IMG/VR virus record: IMGVR_UViG_3300020576_003495
Span: 64,001-128,000 of that record
Origin: a virus
Taxonomy: Duplodnaviria > Caudoviricetes
DNA length: 64,000 nt
Strand: one strand, 5' to 3'
The position numbers were made by a program, and so were the translations under genes. Below are positions 29,558 to 40,600 of the stretch, piece by piece. The notes under the pieces were generated by a model. That model had not been told where the DNA came from. It worked only from the letters and a program-made list of their open reading frames with translations, and ran no database searches. Position 1 is the first letter of the stretch. Every line of letters begins with the position of its first letter.

Positions 29558-30672
29558 GCATTTCTTTTTCGAGTGGTTCTAGCGAGTCCTTGTCTGTACT
29601 GAAGAAGTTCAAAAAGGACATGGGGGATGGTGTAGCCCACATGGGTAATGAAGCCCTTTCAGTCCTTCGTATCCCCACAGGAATCCTTCCGCTGGACGTG
29701 GCTACGAATGGTGGGATACCTCGTAGTCGTGTCACTATCGCTTGGGGAAGTGAGGCGTCAGGAAAAACAGCTATTGCTTATCTTCTCATGGCGCAGGTTC
29801 AGCGAGAAGGGCAGCGTGCCGTCTACGTTGACATGGAAACTACGCTAGACCCGTCTTGGATGGCTTTGTTTGGTGTGAACATGAGCGACCTGATTGTTCT
29901 ACAACCAGACTTCGCAGAGCAAGCCGTGGACATGGTAGAGGCTATGCTGTATGCCAGCGACGTGGGTATTGTGGTTGTTGATTCCATTGCCGCCATGACG
30001 ACAGACAATGAAATAGCCTCGTCAGCACAGAAGATGAACGTCGGTGGGAATTCATACGTTGTTGGTAAGCTGGTTCGTAAATCTGTGGTTGCTTTGGGTA
30101 AAGGAAGGGAACATCGCCCCGCACTTTTTCTAATAAATCAGTCCCGTTATGAAATTGGGAAAATGTTTGGTGACCCGCTGAAGTTCCCCGGTGGTAACGC
30201 CCTGAAGTTTGCATCATCAATGACTTTACGTTTGTACGGCAAGCTTGAAATAGTCAAAGATGTAAACCCAACTAACCCCACTTTTCTTCATGTCACGGGT
30301 TCTATTCAAAAAGCCAAAGTTCCAGTTACATCGCGCTCTTTCGAGTACGACCTTACGCTTATACCCCACGGTAATCTTGGTGTTGGGATGTGCCCGTCTT
30401 GGGGTTTTGTGGCGGTTCGGTGCAAGGATTTGGGCTTGATGACGCAAGACCCCAAGGGGGATAAGGCGTGGACGCTGTGCGGTAGAACAGCCAAGACCCA
30501 GAAAGAACTTCGTCACTGGTATGAAACGGACAAGACGTATAGCCTTCTAATAAATTCAATCATTACGAAGGAAGCGGCCTCTTCTGGCGTGTTTGAGATA
30601 AACCCTGAACCATCCGCATTCAAGGTTGACAAGGAAACAGGGGAAATTTTTTCGGAGAGTACTGTTGGCTGA
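29554..30672 (+). CDS. recA: RecA-family recombinase
   Basis: IPTG...LD..GGIP, GSEASGKT, VVVDSIAA, FLINQ, PGGNALKFASS. Confidence 0.92.
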   Translation: MSISFSSGSSESLSVLKKFKKDMGDGVAHMGNEALSVLRIPTGILPLDVATNGGIPRSRVTIAWGSEASGKTAIAYLLMAQVQREGQRAVYVDMETTLDPSWMALFGVNMSDLIVLQPDFAEQAVDMVEAMLYASDVGIVVVDSIAAMTTDNEIASSAQKMNVGGNSYVVGKLVRKSVVALGKGREHRPALFLINQSRYEIGKMFGDPLKFPGGNALKFASSMTLRLYGKLEIVKDVNPTNPTFLHVTGSIQKAKVPVTSRSFEYDLTLIPHGNLGVGMCPSWGFVAVRCKDLGLMTQDPKGDKAWTLCGRTAKTQKELRHWYETDKTYSLLINSIITKEAASSGVFEINPEPSAFKVDKETGEIFSESTVG

Positions 30673-31042
30673 CTCCCCGTATGAAAAACGTCTGGCTTCC
30701 CGCACTAAAGGAAGTCACGGTGTTGTGTCTGAGAAGAAGGTAGCCAAGTCTCTCGGGGGGAGATTAACCCCCGCATCAGGTTCTATGCACGGGGCTAAGG
30801 GTGATGTACGTGTGGCTGATTTTTTATTAGAAGCCAAGAGTACGTCGGATCAAACGATGCGGGTTGAACTGCATTGGCTGCAAAAAATATCCCACGAAGC
30901 CTTGAGCATAGGAAAGACACCCGCATTATCCATACGGTTTGTTAACCCTGACGGCACACCTAAAAAGGGTGGTTCTTTCGTGGCTATTCCAGAGTTTCTT
31001 TTCGCGGCACTAATAAACAATGGAAGTTTCTCCAATGATTAG
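30626..31042 (+). CDS. Holliday junction resolvase-like PD-(D/E)XK nuclease
   Basis: SGS...KGDV...LEAKST. Confidence 0.7.
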   Translation: MTRKQGKFFRRVLLADSPYEKRLASRTKGSHGVVSEKKVAKSLGGRLTPASGSMHGAKGDVRVADFLLEAKSTSDQTMRVELHWLQKISHEALSIGKTPALSIRFVNPDGTPKKGGSFVAIPEFLFAALINNGSFSND

Positions 31043-31075
31043 TCCTGTGGGAGTATCACTATTTCAGGAGTAATC

Positions 31076-31216
31076 ATGCCAAAAGAACGACGCTACGATG
31101 ACATTTCCGGTAAGGTATTCGGGAGGCTTAAAGCGCTAACTTTCTCACACGTAAAAGCACATCGTACTTTTTGGAATACCCTGTGTGTTTGCGGAATCTC
31201 CCCGAGTATTCAATAG
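31076..31216 (+). pseudogene. truncated homing-endonuclease N-terminus
   Basis: MPKERRYDDISGKVFGRLK...W...CVCG then stop; AGGAG RBS. Confidence 0.55.
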
Positions 31217-31261
31217 GAAGTTGTGATGTTTGTTTAATTGTTAATGACGGAGTATTTTCAA

Positions 31262-31720
31262 ATGACTAGCAGTTTTACCGTAGAAACAAAAGACGGTGAC
31301 TTCAATGTTCTACCAGACGGTAGTGGTTTTTTCACAGGTTCTTTCCCATTACCGAAAGACCATTGGCTGTACGCCCCACAATGCGCTGAGTGGGATGATG
31401 CGCGTGGTACCAGTGCCGACACGCCTTACCCCATCTTGCATGTTAGCCTTCGTGACGCGGTAATTGCAGCGGCTAAGTACGCCGTTCGTGGGGCGACGAT
31501 GTGCGGAAAAGACATGGATTTCGACCCAGACGCTTTGGTGAAGAATGTGGCCTATGCTTTGTGTGGCCCGTTTGCCGCGCCTGTCGTAGCACCCGTTGCC
31601 GAACCTGTTGCCGCAGGAGAAACACAGCGTTTGGGGGTAGAGTCTTTTTCTAGCTTTGAATCAGGAGAACCAGAACCTGCCCCAAGGAAGATTCTTGTTG
31701 ACGTGCCTAAGTGGGTCTAA
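31262..31720 (+). CDS. hypothetical protein
   Basis: ORF with GGAG RBS. Confidence 0.55.
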   Translation: MTSSFTVETKDGDFNVLPDGSGFFTGSFPLPKDHWLYAPQCAEWDDARGTSADTPYPILHVSLRDAVIAAAKYAVRGATMCGKDMDFDPDALVKNVAYALCGPFAAPVVAPVAEPVAAGETQRLGVESFSSFESGEPEPAPRKILVDVPKWV

Positions 31721-31723
31721 TTC

Positions 31724-32611
31724 GTGGATTTCATCACGAACGCTCTGAAAGAGAAAAAAGAAGAGGTTTCCCTGTGCAGCTATTTAAACAAGCACTTGGA
31801 AACTAGGAAGCCAGCACGATCCCCAAACGTTATTCATGCGTCAGATATTACCAAGGATGATCCCGAGTTTTGTCCGCGTGAAATCGTTCTTCTTCGTCTG
31901 CTGAAAACCAAGCGCAGGGACGAGAGTTTTTCTGTCGCGCTGAACGTTACCTTCGGCATTGGCAATGCGTACCATGATCTTGTGCGGGACGTGTGGCTCA
32001 GGGACATCGCTGTGGGGGATTGGGTATGCCCACACTGCGGAAATCGCGTTTATTTCAGCAAAGAGCCTAAAGTCCCCTGTGCCAAGTGCGGGTCAAAAAA
32101 ATGGGAGTACGTCGAACTAAGCTTTCTGTCGAAAGAAATCAACGCGACAGGCAGTATCGACTTGGTAGTTGATTTGGGGTTGCCTAAGCATGTGGCTGTT
32201 GAAATCAAGTCATTAGACAAGGATCAATTTAATGAGTTGGTTGCACCAAAGGCTGAACACCGTATTAGAACATCCCTCTACCTTCGGATGATTGAACACA
32301 GTAACAGTTCTCACGTTGACAAGATTGATTTGACGCATGGGCGTATCCTGTATGTCTCCAAAGCCTTCGGAAAAAAGGACATCAACGGAAAGTTCACGCC
32401 GTTCAAAGAATTTATAGTGAAGCGGGATGATGCAGCTACAGAGTATTACGTTTCCAAAGCAAAGCTGATCAAGCGGTTTGAGGATACAGGGGAGATTCCA
32501 AGTGGTATATGCCCCAACTCTTTTTGCAAGCGACTCAAATCCTGCAACGTAGCTACATCCTGTTTCACAGGAAAATATCCCGCAGGGACAATAATACCTC
32601 TTGACAAATAG
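31724..32611 (+). CDS. Cas4-like PD-(D/E)XK exonuclease
   Basis: HASD...CPR, GSID, EIKS, C-terminal C..C..C..C. Confidence 0.75.
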   Translation: MDFITNALKEKKEEVSLCSYLNKHLETRKPARSPNVIHASDITKDDPEFCPREIVLLRLLKTKRRDESFSVALNVTFGIGNAYHDLVRDVWLRDIAVGDWVCPHCGNRVYFSKEPKVPCAKCGSKKWEYVELSFLSKEINATGSIDLVVDLGLPKHVAVEIKSLDKDQFNELVAPKAEHRIRTSLYLRMIEHSNSSHVDKIDLTHGRILYVSKAFGKKDINGKFTPFKEFIVKRDDAATEYYVSKAKLIKRFEDTGEIPSGICPNSFCKRLKSCNVATSCFTGKYPAGTIIPLDK

Positions 32612-32658
32612 CTGACTAGGTGGGATACTTACTGCTCTTTCTACGAACGGAGTGGTAA

Positions 32659-32913
32659 ATGACTGATATTTATAGCATTGAGGACACGCCAAAAACGTCT
32701 GTCCTTGCTGATGGGACGGTGATTATTCGGGCTTACACCGATGACGCGCTGGAAAGCAAGCGGGTTGATGCGATCAATCGGATCGGAACACGCTGGCTGC
32801 TTCATCCGAAGAACCAAGTGCAACGCGGTGGCGGGTTTTCCTTTCCAAAGGTTGACGGTTCATCTTTTTATTTGACACGCCACTTCGACAGGCTTAAACT
32901 GCAAGCCGCGTGA
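32659..32913 (+). CDS. hypothetical protein
   Basis: Promoter and RBS. Confidence 0.5.
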   Translation: MTDIYSIEDTPKTSVLADGTVIIRAYTDDALESKRVDAINRIGTRWLLHPKNQVQRGGGFSFPKVDGSSFYLTRHFDRLKLQAA

Positions 32914-32919
32914 TCATTT

Positions 32920-32960
32920 GGGCCGGTGGCGAAGTTGGTTGAAACGCATTAGGTGTGTTA
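32920..32960 (+). pseudogene. 5' half of a disrupted tRNA (Leu-like)
   Basis: GGGCCGG acceptor strand and D-arm; complementary to the 3' half at 33548-33593. Confidence 0.75.
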
Positions 32961-32964
32961 ATAT

Positions 32965-33040
32965 GCCCCAATACGCAATTTGGTAAAGCGGGGGGATTTA
33001 AAATCCCTTGATTCTGTCAGTTCGACTCTGACTTGGGGCA
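32965..33040 (+). tRNA. tRNA-Leu(TAA), short variable loop, no CCA
   Basis: GCCCCAA/TTGGGGC; loop TTTAAAA; GTTCGACT. Confidence 0.85.
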
Positions 33041-33046
33041 CTCATT

Positions 33047-33550
33047 ATGATTCTTGTGTCTGAATACATAAAGCTTCCAAAAGAAGCTAGGCAAGCACAC
33101 CTAGATTTAGCTTCCCCTTGTATTGAGAGGGGTGGTAGTTCAACGCAGCATAGGGCAATACTGGCTTACGTGCTAGATACCGATATAGCTACGGGCGTAT
33201 GCTGTTGTCACGCTTGTAGTAACGGTAAATGCAGTAACCCTAAGCACCTGTATTGGGGTACGTATAAAGAGAACAGTCTTGATGCGTTAGCTGACGGTAA
33301 CCCTACACCGTGGGATCGCATGGTAAAGAAGTACGGTAAGGAAGGTGCCTTGGAGAAGCTTAAGTTACTACGCTTTAATAGTATAACAGCTAGGAGAGCG
33401 GCTTCTAAGCTTACGGATGACCAAGTGAGACACTTACGTTCTTTGCCAGTAAAGTACGGTATGGCGTCAGAGTGGGGTAGAATTTTTGGTGTTGGTAGGC
33501 ACGTAATACATAATGTTCTTGCCAACAAGTCGTATCAGCACGTACAGTAA
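33047..33550 (+). CDS. HNH (His-Me finger) homing endonuclease
   Basis: CHACSNGKCSNPKHLYWGTYKEN; C-terminal HTH. Confidence 0.8.
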   Translation: MILVSEYIKLPKEARQAHLDLASPCIERGGSSTQHRAILAYVLDTDIATGVCCCHACSNGKCSNPKHLYWGTYKENSLDALADGNPTPWDRMVKKYGKEGALEKLKLLRFNSITARRAASKLTDDQVRHLRSLPVKYGMASEWGRIFGVGRHVIHNVLANKSYQHVQ

Positions 33551-33593
33551 CACACTAGAAACACCGAGGGTTCGACTCCCTCCCGGCCTACCA
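33548..33593 (+). pseudogene. 3' half of the disrupted tRNA
   Basis: T-arm GAGGGTTCGACTCCCTC plus CCGGCCT-A-CCA. Confidence 0.8.
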
Positions 33594-33597
33594 AACA

Positions 33598-33626
33598 GGG
33601 TGTATAGCTCAGGGGCAGTAGCAACT
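33598..33626 (+). pseudogene. 5' half of a disrupted tRNA (Ile2/Met-like)
   Basis: GGGTGTA-TA-GCTCAGGGGCAGTAGC then breaks off. Confidence 0.65.
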
Positions 33627-33667
33627 TAGTAGTTGACGGCAAAAAGTATAGTCCGTATAATTGCAAC

Positions 33668-34210
33668 ATGCCTACCCAAGCTGACTATCCGTACCAAGAG
33701 TATAGACTCTACGTTGTTCTCCACAAGAAAGAAAAACGTAGAATGGCGTGCTTAGTTAAACCCGGAAGCAGGGAAAGACTCACATTGTCTTATGCTAAGT
33801 ACCTAATGTCCGTCCACTTAGGTAGGGTTATGCTGCGTGATGAGACAGTTGACCACGTAAACGGGGATAAACTTGATGATAGACTAGAGAACTTTCAAAT
33901 ACTCAGTGCAAAGGCCAATAGAGAGAAGTACGTCGCTGATAACCCTGCTGAGTTGGTTCACCTAACCTGTAAAAAGTGTGGTCTAGCGTTTGTACGATCA
34001 AAAAGTCATGCGTACAAGCACACGCATTTGGGAAAACCTAGTTACTGTTCTCGTTCGTGTTCGGGCAATGTAAATATGGGTTCCTATAAAAGTCTGTCCG
34101 ACACGGTGGTAGCTGAAATAAAAAGACTACACGCCAGCGGTGTCGCCACTTCTGGCATAGCCTTGGCTTTGGGTGTCAGTGGTAACACCATTAGGAAGTA
34201 TCGTGTTTGA
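33668..34210 (+). CDS. HNH homing endonuclease
   Basis: VDHVNGDKLDDRLENFQ, CKKC...CSRSC, C-terminal HTH. Confidence 0.85.
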   Translation: MPTQADYPYQEYRLYVVLHKKEKRRMACLVKPGSRERLTLSYAKYLMSVHLGRVMLRDETVDHVNGDKLDDRLENFQILSAKANREKYVADNPAELVHLTCKKCGLAFVRSKSHAYKHTHLGKPSYCSRSCSGNVNMGSYKSLSDTVVAEIKRLHASGVATSGIALALGVSGNTIRKYRV

Positions 34211-34219
34211 GTTAAATTA

Positions 34220-34295
34220 GGACGTGTCGTATAAGGGTTGATTACGGGCTACTCATAATAGCCTTATTCTGGTTCGAGTCCAGACCCGTCCACCA
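34220..34295 (+). tRNA. tRNA-CAT (Ile2 or elongator Met)
   Basis: GGCTA-CTCATAA-TAGCC; CCA end. Confidence 0.85.
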
Positions 34296-34369
34296 TTAAT
34301 TGCAAGTAATTTCAACGCACACTATAGGAAGCGTCATTTCAGTCTATACTGCCCTTTTGTGGGGGACTT

Positions 34370-35149
34370 ATGTACGCATCCATATTGAAAGAAGAACTAC
34401 GCTGGCCTAAAGGCTCCCCGATGGGCGGCAAGTTTCGCGCAGGTAACTCCCCTGTACCAGAGTCAATAGACCACTGGACGAAAAAAGATGATTCACAGGG
34501 CGGATCAAACCCCGGATTCCAAGCCTATGATGAAACAGGGCAGAAGTACTACGTCAAGTTCCCCAAAACAGCAGACCACGTTTATAACGAAGTCCTAGCA
34601 TCACACCTATACAAAGCCGCAGGGGTTCGTGTTCCCGATGTGAAGCCTATCATGTACAACGGGCATATTGGCGTTGCCTCGAAATGGACTTCGGGGATGA
34701 AAAACATGCACCGTGAGATTCGACATGTTGAAGGGGCTAAAGAAGGTTTCGCTGTGGATGCGTGGTTGTCGAATTGGGATACCGCAGGGATGGGTCACGA
34801 TAACATGCTCATGCACCCTGACGGAAAAGCCTTCCGTGTCGATGTGGGGGGTTCCATGCAGTACCGTGCCCAAGGACAACCCAAAGGTGACGTGTTTGGT
34901 GATACGGTTCCTGAAATAGATCGGATGCGGGATCAAACAAAATCCTTCAACGCCGCTCAGGTTTTTGGGGGCATGTCTGAGCAGGAAGTGGCTAATTCTG
35001 TGAAGAAGGTTGCAGCGGTTTCGGATGAGGATATTGACAAATTAGTTGCTACGTATTATAATGCGTCAACTGAAAAAAGAAGTATCTTGGCTAACAAGCT
35101 AATTGCCCGTAAGAACTATCTCATTTCGAGATACGGAAGGGGGACATAA
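34370..35149 (+). CDS. HipA/PI3-4-kinase-like kinase with N-terminal targeting-like motif
   Basis: GGSN, YYVK, NEVLA, DAWLSNWD...N, VD.GG. Confidence 0.7.
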   Translation: MYASILKEELRWPKGSPMGGKFRAGNSPVPESIDHWTKKDDSQGGSNPGFQAYDETGQKYYVKFPKTADHVYNEVLASHLYKAAGVRVPDVKPIMYNGHIGVASKWTSGMKNMHREIRHVEGAKEGFAVDAWLSNWDTAGMGHDNMLMHPDGKAFRVDVGGSMQYRAQGQPKGDVFGDTVPEIDRMRDQTKSFNAAQVFGGMSEQEVANSVKKVAAVSDEDIDKLVATYYNASTEKRSILANKLIARKNYLISRYGRGT

Positions 35150-35168
35150 CATAAGGAAAGTATAATAT

Positions 35169-35618
35169 ATGTGGATCATGCTGAATGGTGGATTTTTGTC
35201 CATCGTTGATAACTCAAATACAAAAGGCGAACTGTTGGTTCGTGCACGTCGTCGTGGTGATATTGAAAAGGTGTTCCCTGATGCTAAAGTGACCAGTGCC
35301 GTAGGACGTGATTACCTTTTTCGCGCCAGCATCAAGCGTGAACTGGTTGCCGATGCCCTGCATAAGCAGGTGATGGGTATCACCTATCCGAACTTTAAGG
35401 ATAGCGTCAAAGACGACAAGCTGCATGATGCCTATAGCGACGTGTGGGGGCGTATGGCACGGCTACAGGAAACCCCGCCTTACCATGTACCGTTCAAGGG
35501 CACTCGAAGCCATGCCGCACCGACAGTCTTTCCAAAGCTGGTGGGCAAGGGCAAGTTTGAAGTCTCTCGTCAGACGGAAATCAACGCATTGAAGCGGGGG
35601 TCTAGGCGTGGTCGGTAA
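35169..35618 (+). CDS. conserved hypothetical protein
   Basis: MWI...GFLSIV...LLVRAR...DY.FR...YPNFK. Confidence 0.6.
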   Translation: MWIMLNGGFLSIVDNSNTKGELLVRARRRGDIEKVFPDAKVTSAVGRDYLFRASIKRELVADALHKQVMGITYPNFKDSVKDDKLHDAYSDVWGRMARLQETPPYHVPFKGTRSHAAPTVFPKLVGKGKFEVSRQTEINALKRGSRRGR

Positions 35619-36087
35619 GCCTGTTATTTGTCTTGACTCCGATGGTGTGTTTTCTGACTTTCATGGGTTTCTGAAAGATCATGGGCTAGTTCACGGTGAT
35701 AGGAACATGTGGGCAGAGTTGTCCAAGATTCCCAATGCCTTCTATAAAATGAAGGTTTTGCCTGACGCACTTAAACTCTATGCGGCCATAAAGCATCATC
35801 GTCATTATGTTCTCACAGCGATGCCGCGCCCCACAGGATACCTGTCTACCTCAAAAGAAGACAAGGTGAAGTGGTGGGCAAATAACGTGAGTCCCGATGT
35901 GGACGTGGTAGTTGTTTCTTCAGGAAAAGAAAAAGCAGCGCATGCAGCACCGAACAAAATCTTGATTGACGATCTTCAACGTAACATCGGCATGTGGGAG
36001 AATGCGGGGGGGATCGGTATCCTTCACAAGTCTGTTCCAGAGACACTAGAAGAACTACGTGGGCTAGGTCTGCTTTCTGTAGCGTAA
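35608..36087 (+). CDS. HAD-family 5'(3')-nucleotidase-like protein
   Basis: DSDGV.SDF, LTA, K, ILIDD. Confidence 0.8.
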   Translation: MVGKPVICLDSDGVFSDFHGFLKDHGLVHGDRNMWAELSKIPNAFYKMKVLPDALKLYAAIKHHRHYVLTAMPRPTGYLSTSKEDKVKWWANNVSPDVDVVVVSSGKEKAAHAAPNKILIDDLQRNIGMWENAGGIGILHKSVPETLEELRGLGLLSVA

Positions 36088-36157
36088 TCCTGTTAGGAAG
36101 CCCATACTCACAGCAAGCCGTCTTACTATACAAGGCGGTTTTTTGTGTGGGACTCTT

Positions 36158-36772
36158 ATGCGTATCGCAATCGACTTGGCTTTAGATGAACAGACCGTCC
36201 AAGCTTTGTCTACTGCATTGGACGAGCGAGATACTCGTACAATGGAACATTGCAAAAGGGTTAGCCAACTGGCGTGCGCTCTGGGTTATTTTTGCAATAT
36301 CAAATCCAAAGAAATGGCACAGCTTTATGCTGCTGCTGTGTTGCATGACGTGGGTAAGATAGGAATACCTGATTCAATACTGCTTGCCCCTCGCAGGTTG
36401 TCGAACGAAGAATACGAGGTTATAAAAACCCACCCTGAGCGTGGGGAGCGAATTGTTCGGGAGATACCTAGCCCACTGGCTAGAAAAGCTGCGACCATAA
36501 TTAGGCACCACCATGAGCATTTTGATGGGGGCGGTTATCCTGACGGATTAGTTGGCGAAGAAATTCCTCTTTTATCGAGAATCCTTTTTGTTGCTGACTG
36601 TTACGACGGGGTATTGGAAGCACGCACGTACCATGAAAAACGCTCGCATGACGAAGTGATGCGGATTTTGAAAGACGAAGCGGGTGTTAAGTCGGACTAC
36701 AACGTGTTCAAGGTGTTTGCGTCCAAGATAGGCAAGCCTGACTTTTCCAACATTGTCATTTCAACCATATAA
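36158..36772 (+). CDS. stand-alone HD-GYP phosphodiesterase
   Basis: LHDVGK, HHEHFDGGGYP, ADCYD. Confidence 0.9.
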   Translation: MRIAIDLALDEQTVQALSTALDERDTRTMEHCKRVSQLACALGYFCNIKSKEMAQLYAAAVLHDVGKIGIPDSILLAPRRLSNEEYEVIKTHPERGERIVREIPSPLARKAATIIRHHHEHFDGGGYPDGLVGEEIPLLSRILFVADCYDGVLEARTYHEKRSHDEVMRILKDEAGVKSDYNVFKVFASKIGKPDFSNIVISTI

Positions 36773-36867
36773 TATTGCTTGACAAACTAAGTGGCAATGT
36801 GTATCATTGCCCGTGAAGTTAATTGCAACTGTTGCCCAGCATAGGGCTAATCCATTTGGAGAATATC

Positions 36868-37596
36868 ATGCCATACGAAAAAGGACTTGTAGTTGAGTGG
36901 GCGTATCATGCGGGAAAAGTGCACGGCTTCCGTCAGGGTACAATTGTTCTGTTTGTACCCGAGTTTGAATCCATCGAACATTTGGCTGGCGTTGCTGGTA
37001 TTCAGCCAAACAAGGACGTGTCCTACAAGGATTCGTCATCCATTGATCGTTACCTTGTGCAAGGCAGTGACGGCAAGTTCTACGCACCGAAGGCAACCAT
37101 TGTTACCCCGTCTGTGAAAATCGAACCGAACGACGAAAGCGATGCAGCGGTCATCAAAGCTACCATTGAAGCTGCGTATGTCGATGACGGCGCTGAAAGT
37201 GGTGATGTTGTCAGCGATGAATTTGGTTCTCTTTTTGACTTTAAGTACGTACTCTTTGCCAAGTCCGATACGGCCAGAGCCTACGGTCGTGCATACGCAG
37301 GGGGTATCAAGGTGATCCTCAAAGGGGGAGACTTCACGTTTCTTCGTGAATCTGGTGCCCACGAGGACGCGCATGTGCTGACGATCAAAGGATTCTGCGT
37401 AGCTGGTGCGTTCGGTGTCAGGACGGTTGACCTCTGCGGTGTACGTGAACTAGCAGTTGATGCTGTTGCTAAAGCCTTCGGGGACGCTGGTTTTGAAACA
37501 GACTCAAACACGGTGGCATCGCTTATCTATTCCGGCGCTGAACAAATCGACCTCTCCGACGACACTGTAGTTGGTCTGTCCGTAGCCTACTGCTGA
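36868..37596 (+). CDS. hypothetical protein
   Basis: Promoter and RBS. Confidence 0.55.
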   Translation: MPYEKGLVVEWAYHAGKVHGFRQGTIVLFVPEFESIEHLAGVAGIQPNKDVSYKDSSSIDRYLVQGSDGKFYAPKATIVTPSVKIEPNDESDAAVIKATIEAAYVDDGAESGDVVSDEFGSLFDFKYVLFAKSDTARAYGRAYAGGIKVILKGGDFTFLRESGAHEDAHVLTIKGFCVAGAFGVRTVDLCGVRELAVDAVAKAFGDAGFETDSNTVASLIYSGAEQIDLSDDTVVGLSVAYC

Positions 37597-37686
37597 CCTT
37601 GTTTGTTTTTATTAGAATGCCCTGCTTAGGCGGGGCTTCTTTCGTTTACACTGGCGTTACTTTGTATTTATTGTACAGGCGAACCT

Positions 37687-40600
37687 ATGTATTCTTCTCT
37701 GCTTGGTGGGACAGCTAAAACTATGTCCAACAAAACCCCCAAGACACCTTTTTCTGCGCTATTGAGCAAAGAGGAAAAGCATTTTCCCGCTGGATACACT
37801 GACCCCGAAGGGCATAAGGGGGGACAGTTTGCCCCGAAAGATACGACAGGTGAAGTAGCACAGGAAACCAAGGAAAAACCATTCGTTTATTCTGATGGTC
37901 AGACTTCCCTAGTGAATTCTATGGCAGTCAACAAGCCGAAGGAACCCACAGCGCCTGATGTCAGCCCTGAAGATTTGATTGCACACCACAAGGCAGGGCT
38001 TGAAAAGAGCGCCAAGCTGCTGAATCAGTACATCAAACAGGACGGGGGGAAGCCTACCGATACCAACGCAAAAATTCTAGCAGGGAACATTGCGAACCAC
38101 GTTGACGCGCTGTCTGATCTTGGTGGGATGAGCAAGGAAGAACTAGCCAAAGGACTCAGCACACAAGGTCTGAGCATGTGGCTGAAGAAAAAGCATGGCC
38201 TACCGCTCACAGCGCAAGAGGAAAAGAACATTGCCTCTACCATGAAGTCGGCTATCGCCTTGCAGAACAAGAAGCAAGCGGCTAAAAAACTGGAAGACCA
38301 CAAAAAGAATTCAGCGCTGGCGGAAGAAGCCAAAGTTAAGTTTGGGGAGGATTCGGCGCAGTACAAAAAGCTAAAAAACAAAGCCGAAAAAGACCTAAAC
38401 AAAGCCATGAGCTATGGGGTTCTTCCTGCCGATGCTGTAAAGGAAAAAGAAGTAGTTAAAGAAAACCACGATGCTGAGAAGGTAGCACAGCTTAAGGCCA
38501 TACATGACGCAGCAGAGGAATTGGCTCATCAAGAGCATATGGGCACGCAGAACACAGCCTACTACAATGCTGTTTCTGATGCCGTAGCTGCTGCGAAGTA
38601 TGCTGACGAAAACGAGACTAACAAGGCGATTGAAGCAGGGAAAGCTACCAATGCCGCAAAGATTGCCAACGGTAAAACCCTGCTATCTATTTCAGTAATT
38701 GCTCATGCTCAGGTTCAGCACCAACAGCATGAAGCCAAGGATTCCGACGCCTACAAAGAATACAAGGACGCGGCGAACGCCTATAAATACTACTACAACA
38801 CCGGGGCGATATATAACGGGCTAAACAAAGACGACCTAAAACAAGCGGTCAAGACGGGTAAGCTGGCATTCTCATCCATGAAGGCTAACAAGAACATGGA
38901 GAAGGTTGCCCCGCCTGATGTTCCCGGTTTTGAGAAACTTGCTCCCGCACCAAAACCCGCTGTGGAAGTGAAACCAGAATCACCAAAAACGTTCTCCGAC
39001 ATTTCTTCCGAGGCCAAGGCTAAAGACGGTTTGCAGCAGTTGGTTGATTTGACGACCAGCTACAACGCCCACATGACGATGCCTAACAATCAGACCTACT
39101 ACTCTGATTTCCTTGAAGCCAAGAAAAACTTCGACACGACGATGGGGGTTGGGTACTCCGACAAAGCGCTAGCGGCTTACTATGCCTTGAAGAACAATTT
39201 GGTGGATAGTCAGGCTAAGGATAAAGAAGCGGAAAAAGAAGCGCAGAAGAAAGATTTCTTTGGTGGTCTGGATTACCTGAAAGCTTACCCTAATGACAAA
39301 GAGGCGTCAGCAAAACTAGCTGATAACCACAAGGAGATTAACGATACCTACGGGGCAGGGACTACGCTGGCGTGGCTGAAAGAGTACAACGCCAAGAACA
39401 AGCAGGTTGAACCTAAAACCTTCTCCGATTTTGTTAATGACGCCAAAGGCAAAGGTAACACAGGTAAATTGGCCTACATGACCAATGCCTACAGCGACCA
39501 CAAAGCAGCACCGACACCCGACACACAGGCCATGCTTAATGGGGCTAAGGCTTCACTTGATGCGTCTATGGGGGCAGGGTATTCGGATAAGGCTATTGCT
39601 GCGTATGACACTGCGACCACTGCCAAGCCCCTCGCAACTTCGCCTGACGGTATGATGCTGGCGAAGGATAAGTCAGACTATTTCAAAGCCATAGATAGCA
39701 CGCCAGACAGCCCCAAGGGAGAGGCTGATCCTAAGTTGATGCAGATGAAATTGGACATCGACAAGAAGTATGGCGACGGCACAGCTAACTCGTGGATTGC
39801 CGAAAAGATTAAGGGGATGCATGCGGATGCCGCTGTAAAAGAAAATGTAAAAGCGTCTTACCTTAGCATTCTTAACTACGCGAACCCTGATGCCAGTCAG
39901 CAGAGTGCTATTGCAGAGATGAAGAAAAACATTGACGCGAAGTACGGGGATGGCACGGCTACAACGTGGATGACAGAAAACATCAAAGCTGTTGGTCAAG
40001 CCGCCACAGCGAAAAGTTACGATTATGGGAAGCAGGAATATAACCTAACCGACACTAAAGCCGACGCCCTAGCCGCGCTGAGAATTCCGCACACACTGGA
40101 TGACAAGTCTGACCTGATACAGAACATCATTGATAAGGCAAAAGCGGATATTGACCTTGCTTCGGGTGTTAAAGACGCAGGGCTGAAGTACCTTAATGGT
40201 AAGTACACCGACCACAGTAACGATAATCCGAACCCTGAGTTTTCTAATTTTGCTAAAGAGGTAGCGACCAAGATGTTGGTTGACGCGCAAGCAAAAGTAG
40301 ATAGCTTAGTTGATCCAATTCTTGAGCTATCAAAGAAAGACGCGGTTAAAGCACTTACTGGCCTGAAGCAAGACGTAGATAAGTACCTTGGGCAAGGTGC
40401 AAGTGCTGACTTGTTGGACTCCTATGACGAGGCTAAAGCAGACCACAAAAAACAATTCTTTGCCAAGATGGACGCGGTACAAGGTGGGAAAGCCAACGCA
40501 GACAACGCCTTGGCTTTGGGGATGCATATCAACAAAGTTGACGAGCTATTTGGCAAGGGAACATCAAGCCTGTGGGCTGATGAATTCAACTCTAAGAAGC

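Noticed and set aside
32920-33593. tmRNA
   Set aside because: It has a full D-stem, no G3:U70 Ala identity and no tag ORF; the interior is a tRNA plus an HNH gene.
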